Below, in pieces: positions 23,952 through 36,137 of a DNA stretch of 64,000 bases; the first letter of the stretch is position 1; each line of letters opens with the position of its first letter. The DNA is from Eukaryota sp. GEM-RC1. Lineage: Eukaryota. A program made the position numbers and the translations under genes. The notes below the pieces were generated by a model, which saw only the letters and a list, made by a program, of their open reading frames with translations, did no database searches and had not been told where the DNA came from. Location: contig JAUFOQ010000016.1 of NCBI GenBank assembly GCA_040285855.1, positions 2,542,001-2,606,000 on the forward strand. The letters run 5' to 3'.

Positions 23952-26268
23952 GATAAACCCTAAATGTACCATTAAATGTACCAGATATTCCTAAATGTAC
24001 CATAAATATATTTTTTCCCCTAATTGCACCACTGCCTAATTGTACCAGTGAACCTAAATGTACCTTCAGCTCTTTTCTGCAATGCTTAATTCATCACCAT
24101 CTCCTCCTGTTTCTGGTGCTCTCGTGCCGTCTCCTCCTTCTGTGGCTCATGTTGATGTTGCTCCTGTTGACAACCTGGTTGTTGACCCCGCCTCCTTTGA
24201 CGGTCTTGTTGCCGCTTCTTGTGAACAACTAATGGATGGAATCTTTGAAATCGCTTTTGCTTTGAAGTTTGGTTTAGTAGTTCTCAAGTCCTACACCGAT
24301 TCCTATGTTCTTGGGTGTGAAAAGTCAGGTAGCTACCGCAGTACCTCCTAAAGCCCTGTAGAAGCTTCTGCAGAGCAACATCCCGAGCTCACAGCGAAGA
24401 CCAAGAAAGTGCGAACAACTTGCAAAACCAATTGTGAGTTTCGAATCCACATCAAGTTGCAAGATAACTACTGGATCAGCAGCTGTGTGTGTGGTGCCCA
24501 TAATCATGACCCACTAACTAGTATGAAAGCCAGCAAGGCATACAGGAGATACTACTTACGCCAACATCAAACTGATATCGAACTTTCTAAGAATGGCGGA
24601 TGCACTGCTTCTCAAATCATCTCAAAAATCAGAAATTTAGATCAAAATTGTCCTTTATCTGCTAAAGATGTTGAAAATTTCCTCACCAAGTTAAGAGCTC
24701 TTAAAACCAAAGGTAAAACTTCCATAAAAGCACTCTTTGACGAATTTCAAAGCAACGATTTTTGGTTGCATCGATACTGCATCGGAAAAGATGAAGACGA
24801 GCTGGAACAATTGTTAGTTACAAGTGCTGATGCTGCGGAACTAACCAGCCGTTTTCCGCATGTTTTAATAATGGACTGCACGTACAAAACAAATCGTTAT
24901 GGTCTTCCCCTTTTGGCAATCTCAGGAATAACCAATATGCAGACCTCGTTCATAAGTGCTTTTGTCTTCATGAGAGAGGAAACTGAGTTTTGTTACAGAA
25001 ATGCCTTATCGATGTTAGTGGACGTTATTCCTTGTCTTTGGACTAAATGCCAGACCGTGATTACTGACCGAGAGCCAGCATTGATCAACGCCCTCGGTGA
25101 AATGCTTCCCAATGCCAAAAACCAGCTCTGCTTGTGGCACATCAACTGCAATGTTGAGGTTCAGCTAAGAAAGGTAGTCAAAAACAATGTTCTCGAAGAT
25201 AAGATCAGGCAACAATGGAAGGAGCTTATTTATTCTACAGAAAATGCCTTTCAGACAATCGAAACTGACCTTTTGAATTGTTGGTTGATTATCCTCGTCT
25301 GTCTGATTACTTAATAAAGCTCTTGACCGACGTTGGTTAAAAGTTTCTGGTTAAGGATACAAATCAGAATTTCAATGCAGGACAGGTGGCGTCTTCAAGA
25401 GTCGAATCTCTTCATAGCGTATTAAAAAAGTATCTCAAGGTCTCCACTGGAAATCTTTTGGATGTTTGTCTCAAAATGAAACTTCTACTGACAAATATTT
25501 CCAGTGAATATGAAATATTGATGGCAAAAGATGTAGAAGTTAACTTGATTATCAGCGAAGATACTGGACTATTTCTACAACATGTGTTGAAGAAAGTTCC
25601 CAACTCCATAATTGTTCTTTACGTTAAACTCCTTACTGATATTAGACGAAATGCAGTGATCAATTCATGGCCTTTTCGTCCCAGTACGGGATTGCCTTCT
25701 GCAGACGAAGTTCGGTCGCTACTACAAGATAACAAACCTTTGACAATTGAACACTTCCACGAGCATTGGTTAATTAACAAAGTCGTTGAACCCATTCGAA
25801 GATCTGGAAGTCCAGTGGTAGAACCTGCTTCAGTGGTACTAGATACCAACCACTATTTGGAACAAATTCAAGCCTTACCAGCTCAGCAACAAGAATTTGT
25901 TTTGGCACAAGTGAGATCCTTGTTAGAATCTGCAACCAACGGTCCCAAGGAGCCTTCTGTTGTGAAAAAAGGGAGAGGAAGGCCTAAGGGTTCGAGGAAT
26001 GTTCGAAGAGAGCCATCGGCACATGAAATTGCATCAGCACCAGCAATGAAACGTAGCAGAGGACGACCATCTGGTAATAAGAATTAGGTAGCTTTGCCTT
26101 AGTGTTATGATTAGTTCTATATTTGTCAGCTATCTCTTCATATATTTTGGTACATTTAGGGTGATGAATAACCATCTAGTACAACTAGGGAAAACTCAAG
26201 GACAATATAGATATTTATGGTACATTTAGGATTATCTGGTACATTTAGTGGTACATTTAGGGTTTATC
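23952..26268 (+). mobile_element. Mutator-like (MULE) DNA transposon, full length
   Basis: ~57-bp TIRs gataaaccctaaatgtacc.. / ..ggtacatttagggtttatc with internal taaatgtacc repeats; TSD tataaata at 23944-23951 and 26269-26276. Confidence 0.92.
24058..26087 (+). pseudogene. MULE transposase in three pieces, with C-terminal AT-hooks
   Basis: KTNCEFRI..HNH; MDCTYKTNRYGLPL; VITDRE.ALINA; LCLWHI; SRVESLHSVLK; GRGRPKG and RGRP. Confidence 0.9.
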
Positions 26269-26372
26269 TATAAATATTGAAAGAACAGATTAAACAGTAA
26301 TATTTCAGATCCAAAAATCAATCAAGTTTCCAACCATTAATTAAGATCTGATTGGCTACACGTTGCAAATTC

Positions 26373-27616
26373 TCATTGACATAGCCGTTTCAACACAGAA
26401 TTGAACACAAACAATTCTGAAATGTCGAATTCCATTTTAGAATTTCCAAACATCAACAACAATTCCCTCCTCAAAGTTTCAATGACATTGGATGTCAAAA
26501 CTTGACTAAGACCATTACTTTCGAATGCCAAAATGAAAAGTGTGTTTGATAACGTAACTACATACCTTTTCTGTTGACTCAGTTTGATCAAAACGCTGGT
26601 AAGCATTGACAGTGAATTAAAGCTATGACGCAACTTGGTAACAATTGTCTCACAATCAGATTTGATTGAATCTGACCTGGAACATGCTGAGTGAATATTC
26701 TGTACAATTGTTTCTTGGAAGAGTTCCAGAAACTGTGGTAAAAAGACGTCTAAACCAGTTAGAATCTCACTGAAGCTGTTGAAGTGATGATGATGGTAGA
26801 AAACTTGTTCGAAGACAACTTCTGCTAATTTAGAAAGAATAAAGTAAATCGATGGCTTTGCAGCCTCTTCCTCGACAACTTTAGAGAGTGTTTTGAATAT
26901 TTTAGCCAGTCTTTTGCGTGATTTGGGTTTCGTGTCTGTCACTGCGAAACAATCAATCACAAATGATTGATATTTCCTTAGTTGTGGTTCCAGCCATGTG
27001 CGTAGTTTGTTTGAGGTGAAGGAATCGTCAGATGGAAGCAGCGAAGTTAATGTTGAAAGGAACACAATAGATGATGATTGTAAAGCAAGATCCTTGTCAA
27101 TGTGTTGTAAGAAACAAGAATCAAACAAATGTGAATCCTTTTCTGTATGAAGAGTTTGTAGAAGAAAGGTGCAGAGAGTGATGAGAGGACAGTGATTGAT
27201 GATGTGACTGTTAGTGAGAGATATTAAGGAGATGGTCAAGGAACGTATTTCGGACTCAGAAAGAGAGAACGTGGACAAGATAGATGAAAGTCCTTGGTCA
27301 AACAGAGAAGATGTTGCATCGAGAGGAAGTTCGTGAACTTGGAGCAATTGACAAATGTGATCAGGAACACATAGCAAATGAAACTCGGCAAAAGTTACCA
27401 ATAAGCTGTAACAAAACTGTGAGAGGTAGCTTGGGTCAGAGTCAACCTGCTGCTTGATCACTTTAATTGCTGATTTTGAGGGTGGCAGAAAGTCTAACAC
27501 ATTGATGTTTGTTTTGGCTGATGCTAGGGGTTTTCTTTGATCTGCAGCCAAGTGACTAATAGCCTGGATTACAGAACTGTCCCTCATTAATACTGCGGTA
27601 TTAGTCGTTGTCATGG
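26373..27616 (-). CDS. Hypothetical helical protein, paralog of the neighbouring gene
   Basis: Long ORF; KLRTWLEPQLRKYQSFVID resembles PLSSWLESQLEVYRKFVID in 28361-28987. Confidence 0.55.
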
Positions 27617-27905
27617 AATTCAGAAAAGTAGATGCATTCTGCACAATTTAAAAAAATGCTTGTAGTCGTTGTATTACTCAATTTCGTTTTCAGGCTCTTC
27701 TTTTTGCTTCTATACGGACCAGAGAAAGGAATTCTGAATATCAATACAAATTGTTTGTGTATATTAAAATTCAAATAGAAGTTGACAATCAGACCTTATG
27801 AGGTGCAGCACGTCAAAACGTTGAACAATGCCAGTTGATTCCACAGAGAAACTGAATGCAAATGGAAATAAAGGTATAACACATAATTTATTACATTAAA
27901 AAGGT

Positions 27906-29733
27906 CTATTGTTTGAACCTGTTACAAAATTTAAAAACATTGCTGAAAGTGAATATTTCAGGTAATGCCAATTCAAATTTGCACTGTACATACAGCTGCC
28001 TAGTAACCTTGGAGATTTCCTCTGCTTTTTCTAAAGTACACATAGAATTTAAAATGTCATTAGATTTTAAATTACTGATCAACAGAGCAATTCCAAACAC
28101 ATACTTACGCTCAATGAAAGTATCTACAAAAAACACCAACAATGGAACGAAATCCTCAGCACGTTTACAAATGACCGTGACCATGAAACAAAAGTCCTTA
28201 TTGTCCTTTGTCGTTGATTGATCATTAAAGAAAGCAACAGTCGTAGACTTACAATACTCAGTGATTACATGAAGAATGATTGGATAAAAAGTGGAGTACT
28301 TTGACAACATATCCATTAGAGTAATAAACTTGTCATGGATCGTGTGAACGTTTGCAGCAATCAAAGTTCCGAGATCGGAAATGATTGATTGAACTTCCGT
28401 AGTGGTTTCATGACAGTCACTAACATTTGTAGCAACTTCAAAAACTGGACCAATTTGTTCAATCGTTGTTGACTCTTCACGTTTCCAAGATAATCAATCC
28501 AGTGTTTGGCATCGTCGATAACAAACTTCCTATAGACTTCGAGTTGAGACTCTAACCAAGAAGACAATGGCTTGGCTACATCAGCATCTTCGATTGAGGG
28601 AAGTTTAACAGAAATAACATCAAACACATATAATACACCGTGTTGCATAGCAAGTTTAGTTTCAATCTTGGTGAGAAAGCTCTTATTGAATTTGGCAAAA
28701 TCATTTTGGTTCTTGACAAATGTAATTAGATATGCACACAATCTAGCGAGAACAGTGAGATCCACAAGTTTCTTGCCAACAAGAGAGATTAACGAGGATG
28801 TGAGTCGAATTGCCTGATTACCAACACCGGGTTTGTTAAAGATTTCGGTAAGAGCATTCATTATGAGATCGGTGAGTGCGGTTGACGAGAGATCTAGAAC
28901 GTGAGACTTACAAATAGCTTCTACATTGTCTGGCAACTTTGGAGAGTCAGGGGAGTGGAGTAGACGGTTAAGAACATTGAAGAGCAACTGTGGAACAAAG
29001 AGGGTGCTCTTTTGGCATGACTGGCGATTTCCTTCAATCGCTGTTTGTTTTGAGCTTCGGAAATCAAGCTTTTAGCGGCAATGACAACGAAAGAATCTTC
29101 TGTGGTAGTGGGTTCTGAAGGGGGACTGTTGATGTTGGAGTTCGGTCTGGAAGTTTGCTTTGGTGAAACAGGAGGACTTGGAGCACGATTAGTGTTAGAG
29201 TTCGGTCTGGAAGTTTGCTTTGGCGAAACAGGAGGGCTTGGAGCACGAGTGGTATTGGCATTGGACTTAGAAGCTTGCTTTGGCGAAACAGGAGGACTTG
29301 GAGCACGATTAGTGTTAGAGTTCGGTCTGGAAGTTTGCTTTGGCGAAACAGGAGGGCTTGGAGCACGAGTGGTATTGGCATTGGGCTTAGAAGTTTGTTT
29401 TGGTGAAGATGGTGCACTTGGGCCTCGATTTGTGTTGGAATTGGGCCTGGACGACGTGCGGGATCTCGGCGAAGATGGTGCGCTAGAATAGGGACTTCTA
29501 GTGGAGCTTCCTCTCCTAGCAATAAAAGCATTACTAGGAGACACATCCTTACAGTTTTGAAAGAACGATTGGACTTGATGAATCGGCGCGCACATCTCTC
29601 TCAAACCCTGAAAAAATTGCACTGATAGTTGAGGAGATCCAAGAGACTTGGTATCTTCTTCAGCATGATCAGCAAAAGACTCTTCATTTTCTGCACTCTT
29701 AAAAGGAGTTGAAGCCAGAATATTGAAAGACAT
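27906..29733 (-). CDS. Hypothetical protein with Ser/Pro/Asn tandem repeats, split into three overlapping ORFs
   Basis: ORFs 28921-29733, 28361-28987 and 27906-28364 overlap end to end; similarity to the 26373 paralog. Confidence 0.55.
29137..29424 (-). repeat. Coding minisatellite, 60-bp (20-aa) unit x ~5, alternating A/B variants
   Basis: SPKQTSKPNANTTRAPSPPV and SPKQTSRPNSNTNRAPSPPV alternate. Confidence 0.95.
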
Positions 29734-30199
29734 TTTTTAACGAAAGGGAAAAACAAAAAAGTGAAATTTAATTTTTGGATGTAACTTATAGTATGTTGCA
29801 TCAATCTGACTCATCAGTGTTTTATCAATTTTCTGAAATAAGCAAAAATATCGCGTTCTGTACATTGGTCATGTGACAAACCCATATGTTTTAAGCTAAA
29901 ACTAATCAATATGTTCTACTATGTGTTCTAGATCACCAATTGTGAATTGGCGCCAATGTTTTGAAATAATCCAATATAATTAGAGGGCCTGAATGCAATT
30001 GACTAAAATCACAGTTTTGAAAGAAAAATTCTTCAAGAAGTATAAACCCTTAAAAAGCAGCAGGAACAATTTGCTGAAGATTCGTATTAGGACTGAAGCT
30101 ATCGTTTGTATATATTCATAGCTGTATGACCTCTGATAAATATACATTGTACATGTATCATGAGATACATACATTGAAACTTCCGATTTTCTCTCTAAG

Positions 30200-31414
30200 A
30201 TGAGTTTTTCAGACTATCTTGAAGCTGTTGCATTGGCCGCAGATGAACTTGAATCCCCACTGCAAACTCGTGCAGCAACTAAATCCTCATTTGCTTCCAT
30301 TGACAACCTTGATACATGCATTGCTTTCATCAACTCTAGTCTCAGTAGTCTCAATCTTCCTTCGCCTCTTTGTTTCTACAATTCTTCTTCATCCGATGTT
30401 GTCCACACAGTCAACGCCATCTATGGACTTCTTCAAATGCGTCAAACTGAACTATCCAAATCAGAAGAACTCTCCTCCAGAATTACAAAACTCTCTTCTG
30501 ATAGGAATACCTTAGAAACAGCCAAACGCCTTGTTGAAAGAGACCTCACCACCTTCAAATCTAAACTTGGTCAATCCGAAGAAGTCAACCGCCGTCTTAA
30601 GAACGAGCTATCCTTCCTAGAACGACGTGCTGCTTCTGACAGGGAAGCCTATAACCGCACTGTTTCAAATCTCGAACATCGTGATTCCCAGTTTCAACAT
30701 CAAATCAAAAAGCTCGAACTTCGAAACAACAAACTACAAGCCAGACTTGACACCTTACTCCGCAATCCCAGCACTAAGCCAGTCGAATCAGTATCTTTCT
30801 CCAGGAATCTGTTTGACCCAGCTAATGTGGAGAATGGACATGACACTCCAAGGAAGAGGTGGGATGAGATTGAAGGACTTAAGATGGAGTCTTTTGAAGA
30901 GAGGAATCTTCAGCTTATGGACGAGAATGCTGAGCTTCGAAGGTTGTTGAAAGATGTACGGAATTCTGCTGATAAGTCCACGTGGCAGGGTTCTGAGATC
31001 ACGTCAACACAGCAGATTTATGACCTACCGCTGAAAGTTGGAAAATCTCCAATTAAAAGAGATCTTCATCATGCTCTTGGTTATCAATCAAATGTGATTG
31101 ATGACGTGGATGTGAAGGATGTTGCTTTGAGTTTGCTACAGAAGCTTGAATATACAGACAGATCGAATTCAAATTCAACTTTATTGAACAGTTTAAAAGG
31201 TTTTTTAAATTCTGAAAGTGTCACGTCGTCACACAACTACACCGATGTTTTAGAACATATGAAACAACGTGAGGATTATGACAAGCAACAAGCAGAGTTT
31301 TCACGGGTATTGGATACTCAGAAGAAGATTTCTATAGCTTCACCTGGTTTTAATCTTTCTCCAACGAGTTCTCCTTTAAAAGAGTTGGAATCGTGCCTGG
31401 ATCAAGAGTTCTAG
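30200..31414 (+). CDS. Afadin/alpha-actinin-binding (ADIP/SSX2IP/Msd1-like) coiled-coil protein
   Basis: NLDTCIAFINSSLSSLNLPSPL..VNAIYGLLQMRQ followed by a long coiled coil ending QFQHQIKKLE..KLQARL. Confidence 0.7.
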   Translation: MSFSDYLEAVALAADELESPLQTRAATKSSFASIDNLDTCIAFINSSLSSLNLPSPLCFYNSSSSDVVHTVNAIYGLLQMRQTELSKSEELSSRITKLSSDRNTLETAKRLVERDLTTFKSKLGQSEEVNRRLKNELSFLERRAASDREAYNRTVSNLEHRDSQFQHQIKKLELRNNKLQARLDTLLRNPSTKPVESVSFSRNLFDPANVENGHDTPRKRWDEIEGLKMESFEERNLQLMDENAELRRLLKDVRNSADKSTWQGSEITSTQQIYDLPLKVGKSPIKRDLHHALGYQSNVIDDVDVKDVALSLLQKLEYTDRSNSNSTLLNSLKGFLNSESVTSSHNYTDVLEHMKQREDYDKQQAEFSRVLDTQKKISIASPGFNLSPTSSPLKELESCLDQEF

Positions 31415-32025
31415 ATGAAATGTTTTGTTTTCGAGATTGTTTTAATGTATGGAATTTTTTTAGATAATTTTCGATTTCGATTGGCTATCAAATTATGAAT
31501 TCTCATGTCTATTTTTGAATTGTATTTTATATGGTTGTTGGCAATACTCTTATTTGTACTATTTTGTATGTAAATTGTTTTACCTATCTTGTTAACAATT
31601 TGTTAAAGAGATCAAAAAATCTGACTTTATAAATGAGGTCAATTATGATAGAATTCAAACAGAATTATTGTGAAAAGAATATAATCAATTTTTTCAAATC
31701 AGATAATTAATTGTTCTCTATTTGACACTATGAATCCTAATGATTACGATCTGATTCTGTAGTTCCAAACCCTTTTTCTCTTAATCAATGTACACAAAGA
31801 CAGGCTTGAATCCAAGAATTGTATTGATAGAAGTATAGAAGAATTGAATTGTTGTTGCTTTCTAAACAAAAAAAACCAACACTAATATATTCACATTGAA
31901 ATTAAAAAAACGGTACAAATACATAAAGTTCAATGAAACAAAAAGAAAAACAAACGAATACAAATAAAAACCACACAAAGACTACTACAATGTAGTACCA
32001 ATGAAGTTAAAGTTTCACACAGTAT

Positions 32026-32767
32026 TTAATCATCATCACTGGAAGCTTCACCCTGACGAATCGAATGTCTATTCTTCATTCTAAATCGTGACTGAGTTTT
32101 TGCCCGATCAACTTTCAGTCTGGGATCTTCTTCAATTTCTGATTGAACAATACCAAGAGTTGCCAACCAATACTCAATGTCATCTTCATTACACTGGTTC
32201 CCGCCATAGTTACCAGTACCAACAACAAAATGTTTCTTCTCACCTTCATAATATATCAAAACTGTTGGAATATTAGAATCTGGATATCCTTGGATGCACT
32301 CAGATCCAACAATCTTAACAAACTTTACTTCAGGGAACTTCCTCGCAAGAGAAGACAAATGGATCAAGACACGTTTACAGACAGGTACGTAGTCTTGGTA
32401 TAGAAAGCAAACAACGTAATGATCTTTAACGTTGGTGACTTGGTCAATGAATTCGTTAGCACGGATTTCTGTAATGGAACCGAACTTGGCTCGACTATGT
32501 GCCTCTTGAATCTCAGCAAGGCGTTTAGCACGATACTGTGATAGGATGTCTTCATCTTCGGAATCTTCTAGGTCAGAAAGTTCAGAAAGAGTGGCATTGT
32601 CAAGAGCTACATCTTTTTGTTCCTCTGCTTCTTCCCTTTGTAAGAGGATTGTATTGTTTAGTCAACTCCTTGGCGAGATTATAAGTTTCCCAAGGATCTG
32701 GCAGATTGCCGTGTTTGGCCTGTTGTTCGTCCCATTCAGTAGGAATTGGTATTGGATTAATTTCCAT
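32026..32767 (-). CDS. Phosducin-like protein (PhLP2/PDCL3 type), one frameshift near 32640-32670
   Basis: TEWDEQQAKHGNLP, then in the shifted frame EDEDILSQYRAKRLAEI..KFGSITEI..LARKFPEVKFVKI..CIQGYPDSNIPTVLIY. Confidence 0.88.
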
Positions 32768-32880
32768 GAAGAAGATGTAGTATAAGATCAACCAAAGGTA
32801 AGGCTAAGTGAGATTTGTTAGTTCATCTCCTGTTTAAACTTGACTTGTTTCAGTCACCACTTCTCATCTTGTCTTCTCAA

Positions 32881-33687
32881 ATGGTTGAAAACGCCGAGTG
32901 TATTGAAGACTTTGTCACTGCACTCAGAACTCATTCCTCTCTAACTAATGTTATATACAGTCCTAATCCTCCCGCATCTCACGTAGATATTGACCGATGG
33001 CAGACTCTCAATGCACCTTATACACTCCCTTCAGACTTTAAAAGCTTCTGCTTGGCTACTAATGGTTTTGATCTTAGCTATGACATCAAATCTCAAGATG
33101 AAACCATACCCCTAGGTAAAGCCTCCATCTGTGCCCTCTCTGAACTCTCTAGAATACGAGCCCTGGATTACAACGACACGTCAGCAATAGATCTAGCTGT
33201 TCCACCTCCTTTCCCCCACGCAAAAGCCCTCAGTCGTCGAGCATTAGCAGGGGCTGCTGCCTTCGTTCTCACCCAAGACTTCAGACACATTGGAGGTCGC
33301 TTCTGCTTCTTTTATCGCGAAGGTTGTGTTGATTCCCCTGAAATCTGGCTTCAAGACCTGGCACTTGAATGGTGGTACGTCTGTTCCTCCTTTTCTGATC
33401 TAATGCGACTCTTCTTCTACCACTTCTGTCTTCCAAGGTGGGCGCTTATCTTCACTGATACTCTTCCAGACCAAGCTGCTTTACATTGGTTGAGGCTACT
33501 AGCTCCTAAAAGACTGGAGCTGGATCTTTCTTATAAGCGTTCTCTTAATGTTCCTTCCCTTGGAAAAGTTGTTGATAAGTCTTCGCTGTCAGTTACTCCA
33601 AAGCTTGATACTAGTAGACTTTTAAGTTTGTTAGAAGGAGAGACTAAGAATGAAAGGGTTGAGTCTAAACAACGTGTGAGAAGTTGA
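32881..33687 (+). CDS. TPGS2: Tubulin polyglutamylase complex subunit 2 (KNR4/SMI1-like fold)
   Basis: PASHVDIDRWQ..LPSDFKSF..TNGFDL and IWLQDLALEWW..SFSDLMRL..HFCLPRW..FT. Confidence 0.8.
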   Translation: MVENAECIEDFVTALRTHSSLTNVIYSPNPPASHVDIDRWQTLNAPYTLPSDFKSFCLATNGFDLSYDIKSQDETIPLGKASICALSELSRIRALDYNDTSAIDLAVPPPFPHAKALSRRALAGAAAFVLTQDFRHIGGRFCFFYREGCVDSPEIWLQDLALEWWYVCSSFSDLMRLFFYHFCLPRWALIFTDTLPDQAALHWLRLLAPKRLELDLSYKRSLNVPSLGKVVDKSSLSVTPKLDTSRLLSLLEGETKNERVESKQRVRS

Positions 33688-34116
33688 CTTTCTTTGAGTT
33701 TGATCATGTCTTTTTTAAGTTCTGGTGAATAATTCAAATAGAATTCAACAGTGCACAACCTGCAACGTGGAAAATGTGTTTCCGTCTTTCTCCTTTGATT
33801 CTGATTGCATTTGTCCTATTATTGATGCAATCAGCCTTGTTTCCTTACCAAAACTCTGTCTTTTTTACTCTGTGTCTCTTACATGAGTGATTTCTTGAAT
33901 GAATGGTTTGGTGCTATTCTGTGAGTTTGTTTATTCAAAATCAAATGTTCTTGGAAATTGGTTTTTCTTTGTTCTTGGTTTTCATTGGAAGTTAAATCCA
34001 TTGGTGGTTTTTACCATTTCGAAAATATATTTAAAATAAATTCAATTCGTTTTCATTTAGAATTTCATATTTTTTACAACACATATAACATTTCAATACC
34101 ATTATTTAAAAAGACA

Positions 34117-34608
34117 TTACGAAAATTTGGCCTTGGAAAAATCTAAATTAGGGTTGGCAGCTTGTAATTTGTTAACCATTTCCTGCTGCTCCATTTCCTT
34201 TGAAGTAGGTTTTCCAGCAGCTTTTGCATGTTGGTCAAACATCATTTTCTCAACCATTTGACGAGTTTCACCATCTAAATCTGTCAACTTTGAGTTTTCT
34301 GGTTCTATTGTAGATGTATCTATTTCAGGATAACCCTGGAAAGGTGTAGACCACCATTCCATTTGATCTCGCTTGACAAGAGTAACAGAAACTTCGTTTT
34401 CATCCTTCATCCACAGAGAATCCTGGGAACGGATGGGTTTATATGTATCAGCATCAATGATAAGGTCTTGTCCCTTTATACCAAACTGGAAGTGTGAAGG
34501 GGAGAAAGTACATATGATGTCTTTACCACGGATACCATCCGGGACTTGGAAGGTTACAGTGACATCTTGAAGGGTTTGTTCCCAGGTGTAAGGTTGGTCT
34601 TCAGTCAT
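34117..34608 (-). CDS. NUDC: NudC-family co-chaperone (CS domain plus NudC C-terminus)
   Basis: YTWEQTLQDV, MEWW, IDTSTIEPENSKLTDLDGETRQMVEKMMFDQ, DFSKAKF. Confidence 0.92.
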   Translation of the reverse strand: MTEDQPYTWEQTLQDVTVTFQVPDGIRGKDIICTFSPSHFQFGIKGQDLIIDADTYKPIRSQDSLWMKDENEVSVTLVKRDQMEWWSTPFQGYPEIDTSTIEPENSKLTDLDGETRQMVEKMMFDQHAKAAGKPTSKEMEQQEMVNKLQAANPNLDFSKAKFS

Positions 34609-34923
34609 CAAATAAATTGCTTTTACAAACTGAAAAACATCAACCACGTCATAAACGTTACACCACGTTCTGTTAAACTGTTTGTTCTTCTCACGCTTTC
34701 TTTCAATTTGGCTCGTATTGACACGAGTTATTGTTTAGTTCATACCGATTATCGATTCAACTGATCATCACTTTATTATTTCTTGGCGGATATTATGAAG
34801 ATAAGGTAGGTGAAAATTTCCAGAAAGGCAATGTTGACGTTGAGGATATTGATTATTAGATGTAGTTGTTAATATATATTACATGTACAATATATTTTTA
34901 AAAAGAACTGATCATCTTGAATA

Positions 34924-35868
34924 CAGTCAACCCTGGATATACCGTATATCCGATATAGCGTAAATTCGTGAATTTTCACTGTCCGACATTCTCCTCCACA
35001 TTTTTTGTTGTGCAACAATCTGATTCTCGTGTCTTTTCCCTTGTGTGTCTTTTGTAGTTACAATAAACTGTTCAATTACTATTGTTCTATCGCCACATGG
35101 ACTTACAACTTGCCAATGCAGTGGAAATGTTCTTATCTGCTTTCCAAAGAAGTATCATCAACATTCACACCATATACAACAGGATAGATCTTCATCTCTT
35201 AGTGAGTCATTGGCATCAATGACATGCCTTGAATCACTCCCTACAAGGAGAAAGACTGTCGATGAAGGGGAGAAGGTTTCAGGGAAGATGTTTTCTTATA
35301 TACGGATGTTGCTCAAGAAGAGACTTCGATTACTAACAGCACTAGTGTTGTGTTTGAACTTGTTTTATATCCGGAAAAGGTGTAAATACGGAACTGTGAA
35401 GATGTTGTACATTTGTAGCCTTTTTTGGATGCGTTGTGCTTTGACTTTTGGGAATAAGGCGAAGACCTGTCAGAAAAATGGTTTTGCTCGTCAGCAGGAA
35501 GGCTTCAAACATAGAACTTCTGAGGAGAGGTCTTAACGAGGAGTGAGAAGGTTCTAACTTCTTTTCCACACTTCTTCCACTCAGCCGAACAACAGAATGA
35601 AACGGTTGAGCAATTACACTCGATGGATGTTACTTTGAACTCAGCCTCTTCCAACCACAAAAATATTTTTGGTAGTCATATCTTGTCCCTGTGACGGTTT
35701 TAAGGTCTCCCAGTAGTGTGTGCTGATGACCACCATAGTCTTCTTTCGTCATGTGTTATGTATAAAATGTGTCCTTAGATGTGTTTATGCCCATACATGA
35801 AAACTGGATATAGCGTAAAACTGGATATAGCGTCGACCATATAATGACGCTATATCCAGGGTTGACTG
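34924..35868 (+). mobile_element. Non-autonomous pogo/Tc1-type element
   Basis: TA-flanked TIRs cagtcaaccctggatata / tatatccagggttgactg; subterminal gatatagcgt repeats; only decayed coding remnants inside. Confidence 0.85.
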
Positions 35869-36137
35869 TATTTAGACAGTGGACAATGTAACATTTGTCT
35901 ATTGAATCGATAACCTAATAGATATGGATGTCACCATTCAATGTTTCTTCAATTACTATTAGATTAAAAGGTAATACAAGTTTTAGTTACACAACCCATT
36001 AAACGTCATGTACATGTAATAACATGTACATATAGTAGCTCACGGAATACACTTCACAAGTGCAATTAGCAGTTACAATGTAATGCGTAATTGACTTTTA
36101 TCAGACCTACTTCAACTTTATCTTACTTATTCCAATT

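Noticed and set aside
29137..29424. Regular repeats resembling a CRISPR array
   Set aside because: Contiguous in-frame coding repeats with no unique spacers, no cas genes, and a eukaryotic context.
29064..29546. Alternative-frame and antisense ORFs over the minisatellite
   Set aside because: Stop-free frames are a by-product of the repeat unit.
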